From Camelus dromedarius (lineage: Eukaryota): a stretch of 64,000 nucleotides of DNA. This document shows positions 56,716 to 64,000 of this stretch, one piece after another (within the stretch, counting starts at the first letter, position 1; every line of letters starts with the position of its first letter). The notes below the pieces were generated by a model that saw nothing but the letters and a program-made list of their open reading frames with translations, did not search any database and was not told the DNA's origin. The stretch lies in NCBI RefSeq assembly GCF_036321535.1, contig NC_087436.1, positions 8,928,001 through 8,992,000 on the forward strand. Reading direction: 5' to 3'. A program made the position numbers and the translations under genes.

Positions 56716-58889
56716 AAAGTATCATTTACTGTAGTTTTGGCACATACAATATATTGGCTCAAGATCATTGGAATAAAGAAAGAACAGCCCTATGACTAGT
56801 TTTTGTTACATATTTTGAAATATGTGTTTTCAAATAATGCACCTAAATTTCTCAAGAGTATCCGCTAGATAAGAATTTCCCTCACTTGCAAAAAAAGCAA
56901 GCAAGCAAGCAAGCTCATATTTATTTAATGGAATATTTTGATTTAAAAATAAGAATTTTGGTGACATTTTGCTCCCTATGTATTGTGAAACTGTTAAATT
57001 CTTTAAATCCAAAATACAATTTCCCATTGCATACTGTAAACTCTAACAAAACACACTCAGCCCTGGCAAACTTCATGGCTAGTTCAAGTAAATAACCCAA
57101 ACCTGAGAAGATTGAGCACAGTATGATCTTTTCAGGAGTTTTAATGACTAGGATGTGTATTTCCTGTGGCTAATTTGTAAAGGTGGTCAAAACAAGACTG
57201 CCTGACTGTAGGTCTGCCCGGTGGGCCACTGCTGAAACATTGTTTGAACGGTCCCATATCTGCAGTTCAGTGAATCTGGAACCTTTTTCTCCAACTTATT
57301 TCAGACAATCCATTGGACTTCTGCAGGCACCTTCATGAAATGCTGCAATCAAATTTATTTTAAAAGAAGTAAAGTTGCAAAAAGATAGGTATAAAAAAGC
57401 CTGGGGATTCAGTTAAATTGCATCTATCCAAATTTTAGTTTCTGTTTAGTGCAAATTAGTTTTTCCCAGTGCAGATGATTTTTGATCTGTCATTTCAAAG
57501 ATTACATGATCTGGGGTCACTAACCAATATGGCAACAATTACTCCTTATTTCCTGGTCTCAACTGCATTATGAGCATTCTAATTATGACAGCTGAACCCT
57601 GGAAGAGCTGAAGAAATACTCTCAAAATTCCAGCTTCCACTTGTGACCTTCAATAATAAAATTATTTTTCCATATCATTAATTTTATCCTTTCTAAGTCC
57701 CATCTAAGAACCAATATTTCTCTATTAGTATCTCAATATTGTAAACTGTGTTGTACACTGGAAACAAATGCAACATTGTAAAGCAACTGTACTTCAATAA
57801 AAAAATAAAATAAAATAAAAATTTTAAACTCTAGTCCCCTGAGAACTTAGAATACTTATAACTAATACTTTACCAGATAAAAACACTTTCATCATCTGTA
57901 TTATTTATGTAGATCGTACAAATGGATCAGAAGCCAAAGAAATCTCACTCTCACAGTTTCCACTAGTGCCTAAAAATGTCTTAACATTATAGATAGGTAG
58001 ACAGATAGATAGATAGACAAACAGATAAATCATAGGTGAATATATAGTTACTTAAGGCTTTCTTTTAGATATCCCTGATTATTAAAAGCAAAATGTCTGT
58101 TCTAAAATGTTTTAATTTAGTGAAGATTTTGAGTGATATTAAAAAGAAGAAAAGCATTTCTTTTGCTTAGTATTTGGGTGCCACTGTCCACTAAGGTGTT
58201 GATAGGTAGTGTAAAAAAGAAACTAAATTAATTAGCAGCCATTAAAGAAATGCTTTTTATTTTATGTAAGTCTATGCAATGAGAGTAAAGACATATGCTA
58301 AATCATCTGTGAGACTAAAAATACTTCAGGCTTTGGAATAAACCCAAAACTTTAAAACATCATGATTTCTTATTAAAGTTTAAAGCAGTATATGGATTTT
58401 TCTCACATAAAGTAGATATTTTCACACTGTGATGAAAAATATTAAATACCAAAATAAAAAGTTGAAAGTGAAGATTGATTATAAAAATCAAATTATATAA
58501 TTGATGATAACTGATCAAATTATAATTTGATTTTAATAAAAGGGTAGATATAACTAAGTAATCTTTAGGTTCTAATACTAACCATTAGAGTGAGACCAGT
58601 CATATTGCTAAGAGGGAACTGGGGGAAGACAGGAAGACATAGCTAATTCTGTCATAACTACAGGAATCAATGACTGCTAGAGAAATACTGCTTTTGGTGA
58701 ATTTAAAAGTTTTCATTTTAAAATTCACTTTCCTAAGTTATTTCAATATACTGAATGTATTTCAAAAAATCATTTTGCTTTAAATGAAAGAGGGTTTTAA
58801 TGACTTGATTTTATGTTTTTAATTAAGGAATAATTTTTGCAAGCATTTTTAGGTTCACAGCACAATTGAATGGAAAGTACAGAGAGTTT

Positions 58890-59185
58890 CATAAGCCAGT
58901 CACAAAAAGACAAATACGGTAGGATTCCACTTGTATGAGCTTCTTAGAGTCGCCAAAATCATACACATAAAAAAGCATGGAATTTTGACAGGGACCAGGG
59001 GAGAGGGGATGGGGAATTCTTGTTTATAGGTACGGAGTTTCAGTTTCGCACAATGAAGAGGGTCCTGGAGCTGGATGGAGGTGATGGTTGCACAACAATA
59101 CGAATGTACTTAATACCGCTGAACTGTATACATAAATAACAGTTAAGTAGCTTTTATGATATATGCATTTTACCACTAAAAAACT
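58890..59185 (+). mobile_element. L1MB-like 3' end
   Basis: ataagccagtcacaaaaagacaaatac...gtgatggttgcacaacaa..gaatgtacttaat. Confidence 0.85.
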
Positions 59186-59852
59186 GGAAAAAACTTTTAA
59201 GGTCCAGAGATTTCCTAAGTATCTTCTTCTTCCAAAAACACAGCCTTCACCACCATCAAAAAATCTGAGCACCTACCATTTGCAAAAAAAAAAAAAAAAA
59301 AAAAAAGAGACCTTTACATATTTCCTAAGAATCAATTTATTACAACACCAGAAATTCTATACTTCTCTAAGTAAGTTATAAAACTTCCGTCTCAATCATT
59401 TTTTTCTCTTTTGACAGTTGAGGCCAGTGTTAGGGAGGGTTTACTGAAACAGCCAGGCACAGGACGTAAATACATGGACCTCAGGTTCAGAACCCACGGT
59501 TTATTACTGGTATAATTCTGGTTTCTGTTTTCTTGGTTGCTCAAGCTCTTTGAATATTAAAAAAAAAATTAGGACAAAAGGCACTGTCTCTACACTCCTC
59601 AACTCATTTCCTTCACCCTCCCATGTCTCTCCTTCACCATCTGTGATTTAAAACTATTTCATATCTGATTTGCCCAAAAACTTGACACATTCTCTGAATT
59701 CTCTTAATGCCCCCAGCTTAGGTGTTTGGAATAAAAGCAGGCTTTTTTCAGCTTTTGATGCCATTAACTTCCCTGAGGTCACAGATACAGATTCAGTCCA
59801 CTGCTTGAATTGGACAAAGGTCAAGGAGAAAATGTAGACTACAACCTGAGAA

Positions 59853-60092
59853 GTGGGAAGGGATGAATTTGGGGGTTTGAGATTTACAAATGTTAGCTAG
59901 TGTATATAAAAATAGATTTAAAAAAAAGTTTCTTCTGTATAGCACTGGGAACTATGATCAGTATCTTGTAATAATGTTTTAATGAAATAGAATATGAAAA
60001 CAAATATATGTATGTATATGCATGACTGGGACAATGTGCTGAACACCAGAAATTGACACATCGTAACTGACTATACTTTAATAAAAAAAAAT
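59853..60092 (+). mobile_element. L1 3' tail fragment
   Basis: ctgtatagcactgggaactat...ccagaaattgacaca..taactgactatactttaataaaaaaaa. Confidence 0.88.
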
Positions 60093-60726
60093 AAGTGGAA
60101 GAATATGACCTGAAATGTATTATGTCACCACCATAATGAAAAAATAGGTAACCCAGTCTAGTAGGGTTGTAGAAGGCATTCTAGAAGAGAAAAAAGCTGG
60201 CACTGTATAGGAATTGGTCATGTAGAGAAGACACTCATACAAGGAGATTTGGGGCAAAGTTGTGAACAGATGCATAAGGTGATTTAGTGTTGCCAAAGTA
60301 TGATTGGGATTCTTAAAAGATGCCAGTAATGAATTAGGGAAATGGTACTAGAAGTCCTGAAGGCTATGTTAAGGATATGTTACTGGGGCTATGCATGTTA
60401 GTACTTAATAGTTTTAAGAAGGAGTACATGTAGAGGATAGAAAAGAAACCACATGAGTTAGGAAGTTATCCACACCCCCCAGTCTAGTTGAAAATCATGT
60501 GGGTCAGACCAAGGAAAGAACTATAAAAAAAATTGATTTATGGAATAATATTGAATGAGTTGGAAAAGGAGGATGCAAAAAGGGTAGCTTTGAACATAAA
60601 GGAAGGAGCCAAGGCTATAAATAAAATTTTTGTGAAAAGTAATGTCAGCAGTTGAAGGGATTCATAACCAATATTCTTAATATTATTGGAATAATAATAA
60701 CAACACTAAGCACAAGAACAATAAAT

Positions 60727-61960
60727 AATTGGCTGTGGATAAGTGACACAGCTGAGAATGGAAACCAAATCTCTTTAATTACAGCAATCTGCAAAGTCAT
60801 GCTGTTTTTCATCAATACTCAATCATCTCACTTGGAAGAGTGGAGGGAAGATCATGGCACTGTTCAGAGCAACGGCCCTACTTGTCCTGTGTGGTGGAAG
60901 GATTTGAATGGAGGAGAAGATAAGTAACTCAGAAGAAAGTACTGCACACAGGGTACAAGGAACAGGGTACAAATACAGGAAACCAGGCAAAGTTACATAA
61001 ATGCTTGCCTGGCAAATCATTTTGTACTTTAATATCACTAACAGTCTAGGAATTAAGTCCAACATAGTCTTTGCTGAAGTGACCATCTATTGTGATGTGT
61101 CTCTAATATATATGAAAATAAGAAATTCTCTTTCCATTCCACCCCACTAACAAAGAACTTTTTTTAATGAGAGATTGCCAAGATCATAAATATTTTTTTC
61201 AAGATAACTATTTATTATCTCCTTTATATTCATAAGCTCTGATACTTCCCCGCCATTCTCATGGGCCTGAAAATTAAGCTTTATGCAGCAGAAATAAAAT
61301 TTAAGTATGTTAAAACTAATTATCCTAACAATAAATATAATTATCATATTAGATGTTTAATATATTAGCATTTAAAATCCCATTTTAATAGCATAAGCCC
61401 CACTGTGATCTCTAGGTCTTTGGTCTTAACTGATTTTTCTCTATCCTATAGCACAAATATTTTGGTTCTGCCCCATATCACTCTGTTTATTACTTTCTGA
61501 AAAAACAATTTGTATTTTAAACTTATTCTATATTTAGGACTTCTACATATTTGGAATCTTCTTTTTTCCACAAAATTAAGTCAGTATTTTTTGTGTATGT
61601 GTGTGTGTATATATGTATATGTGTATATACATATATGTATACACACACACATACACATACCATGTGTCTGTCTGTCTGTCTGCCTGTCTGCCTATCTATC
61701 TATCTATCTATATCTAAGAGATCCTGTGGCCCTGAAGCCTGAGATACAGAATGAGAGAAGCCCCTGGCAGCCTCCATTCAAATCCTTCCACCACACAGGA
61801 CAAGTAGGACCGTTGCTCTGAACAGCGCCATGATCTTACCTCTCCACTCTTCCAAGTGAGATGACTGAGTACTGATGAAAAATAGCATGACTTTGCAGAT
61901 TGGTATAATTAAAGATACTTGCATTCCATTCTCAACTGTGTCACTTATCCACAGCCAATT
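60727..61960. repeat. Local inverted duplication: arms 60727-60914 and 61771-61960
   Basis: By manual alignment about 12 substitutions and 2 single-base indels over about 190 bp (about 93% identity); spacer 856 bp. Confidence 0.97.
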
Positions 61961-62528
61961 TTATAGATAGATAGATAGATAGGCACATATTTTATTGAAG
62001 TATAGTCAGTTTACAATGTTGTGTCAATTTCTGGTGTGAAATTAATATTTAAATTAATTGCTTAACCAGAAGTTTTTAAATTGTTTTTAAAAATTATTTT
62101 ATTAATTTTTTTTAGCTAATTGCATTGTTCTCTTAGCCTTCTGAATATTTTGGTTGTGGTGTCCTTCCCATCACTGGCTTTTGGTTTTTTCAAACCATTG
62201 ATAAACTCTGTACAAGTTAGTACAACAAAACAGACCAGGACACTACGATACATAAAGAAATATGGTTTTAAATACTTTTTTTTTAAATGTTTTAATTTAC
62301 ATATGATAATCTTCTGCATATACACTGTTAGATCATGTATAATTTGCTTAGATAATAATATTGTTTATCTGTTTCACGTCATTGGCAGACAGGTATGGCA
62401 GGCTTGTTGTAAAAGTTAGTTTGTGATCTGGCTCCTCAGTCTCCCTACTCTGCCAACATATCTGGCACCAAGGCTCTTTTCCAGGGCCTTCTCTCATTCT
62501 GTATCTCAGGCTTCAGGGCCTCAGGATC
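61720..62528. repeat. Second inverted duplication: arms 61720-61767 and 62481-62528
   Basis: gatcctgtggccctgaagcctgagatacagaatgagagaagcccctgg versus the reverse complement of 62481-62528: 46/48 identical. Confidence 0.95.
61988..62038 (-). mobile_element. Approximately 50-bp L1 3' terminus
   Basis: ttttattgaagtatagtcagtttacaatgttgtgtcaatttctggtgt is identical to the L1 end at about 13865-13912. Confidence 0.85.
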
Positions 62529-63329
62529 CCACTGGACTGATAGTTTATGGTGTTTGCAACTCGGTGATGATCCATGTTTCCTCCCCTTGCCCATCTTCTC
62601 CTTTTTTGGTGTAGAGGCTAAATTATAGAACACTTTACATAAACGTAATGCCCTTAGCATACTGTACGCTAAGATACATGCCATGTGCGTAGGCTCACAG
62701 GGCACTATATTTTAGTAGGGATGGGATACAATTAAAACAAATACTTTGTAAGGTACAAAAAAAAAAAAACCTTGTCACATGGGAGATACAAAGCGATATG
62801 ATGTTTGGAGGTGGAAGACATTTATTTTGAAGGAAAAAAATAAAAGCTTCCTAATAAAAGTCAGATTTGATCAGGGATTTTTTTTTTAATGGTTAGTCTT
62901 TTGACAGGTGGAAATGTGTTGGAAACAGAAGAGCAAAGGGAGACAAAAGAGCAGTATTCTGTGTTTCACAAAACTTGACCCTGCTATCAGTTTTACATCG
63001 TCCTTACCAGTGGTTTCAGAGTCATCATTTCCTAAGTGGGTGAGCCCACCATGTTTATTGTCCCAGTTAAGGCCATCTAGCAAAATCTCCTGTATCTCTT
63101 CCTAAACTGTTTGTTTCTAAATAATTGCTTATCGTATACTTTCAAAAATTACACATAAAAAAGAACAATATAGCTCTATGTATTTAGTTCTCTGAGTGAG
63201 AGTTCTCAAGTAGAAACGAATAAGAAAACATCTCCAAACCAAGTCCCCTTTCTAATGACTACAGTTTATGTACACTGCCTAAAATGTTTCCTGAAGCATT
63301 CTTCCTCCTCTGATCTTTTAGCCAATCAT

Positions 63330-63470
63330 ATGAAGTAAGTGCTCTTTGTTTCCCGTTTTACAAATAAGGAAGGAATTCGCTCAGAATGGCTACTTAGCAT
63401 GTCCTAAGTCACAAAGTTGTGAGTGATGACACCAAGTTTCAAACTCAAGTCTATTTGAACACTTAGCAAT
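63330..63470 (-). mobile_element. MIR SINE
   Basis: cccgttttacaaataaggaa..gctcagaa..tcctaagtcaca. Confidence 0.65.
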
Positions 63471-63789
63471 TATGTGATTCTGCCTGGATGCCATTTCTAT
63501 TGATTTGTGTGATTCTTGTGGAACATACAGGAGATATGCATTGTAGGCATTTGGAAATGAAAACTTGATCTTAGTAGAAAGCCCAGGAATCTAAGTTTTA
63601 CAGTCACCTATATAAAATGATAGATGAAGATATGACTGAATGTTTTGTAAAAAAAAAAAAAAAAAGTAAATAAAAGTATACGTAGAAAGGAGAGTTGGAA
63701 ATACAGCAACTTGGACCTCAGAAGTTTTCCAAGAGGACCAGAAGTATCTTTCCCCTCAGTCATTAAAAAACTGGTAACTTAAAATCCAA

Positions 63790-63970
63790 CAGTAACTTGT
63801 TCTGTAACCTTGGCAATTTCCTTGGTTTATTTTTGCTTTCATTTTCTCACGAGTAAAATGGAGATGGTAATGGAACTGATCTTGTGAGTTACTGTGAATT
63901 AAAGGATATAAATCCTGTAAACTAGTACCTGTCAGATAATGGGCACAACTTTCATGCCAACTGTTACTAA
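63790..63970 (+). mobile_element. MIR SINE
   Basis: tgtaaccttggcaatt..tttcattttctcacgagtaaaatggagat..tgtgaattaaagga. Confidence 0.65.
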
Positions 63971-64000
63971 CATCAGTATTATCCCTGCTGATGTTGTTGT

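Noticed and set aside
58483..58536. AT-rich inverted repeat aaaatcaaattata...tataatttgatttt (and a similar small hairpin near 55097-55116)
   Set aside because: Short and low-complexity; plausible by chance in very AT-rich DNA.

Overview
AT-rich mammalian intronic DNA, most likely camelid. That inference rests on seven tRNA-Ala(AGC)-derived SINEs resembling the camelid Vic-1 family. The only host coding sequence is one 249-bp minus-strand exon (43509-43757) encoding a complete 10-cysteine follistatin/Kazal module that I recognise as FSTL5; the rest of the window is its two very long flanking introns. These carry a near-full-length decayed L1 with a younger L1 inserted at its tail (together splitting a MIR), many truncated L1s, four ERV1-type solo LTRs all antisense to the gene, an MLT LTR, MIR/L2 relics, MER5A/MER58-type DNA transposons and microsatellites. 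Almost all other ORFs in the track are L1 fragments or noise. I see no novel protein-coding system. The most unusual signals are structural: (1) a composite locally templated inverted insertion at about 61.7-62.0 kb built from two nearby donors; (2) a 127-bp TTAA-CCC...GGG-TTAA hairpin resembling a piggyBac MITE; (3) apparently GC-biased amino-acid changes in the FSTL5 exon; (4) an LTR-internal duplication that creates a STAT (GAS) motif. Repeat subfamily names and the human comparison come from memory, not database searches.
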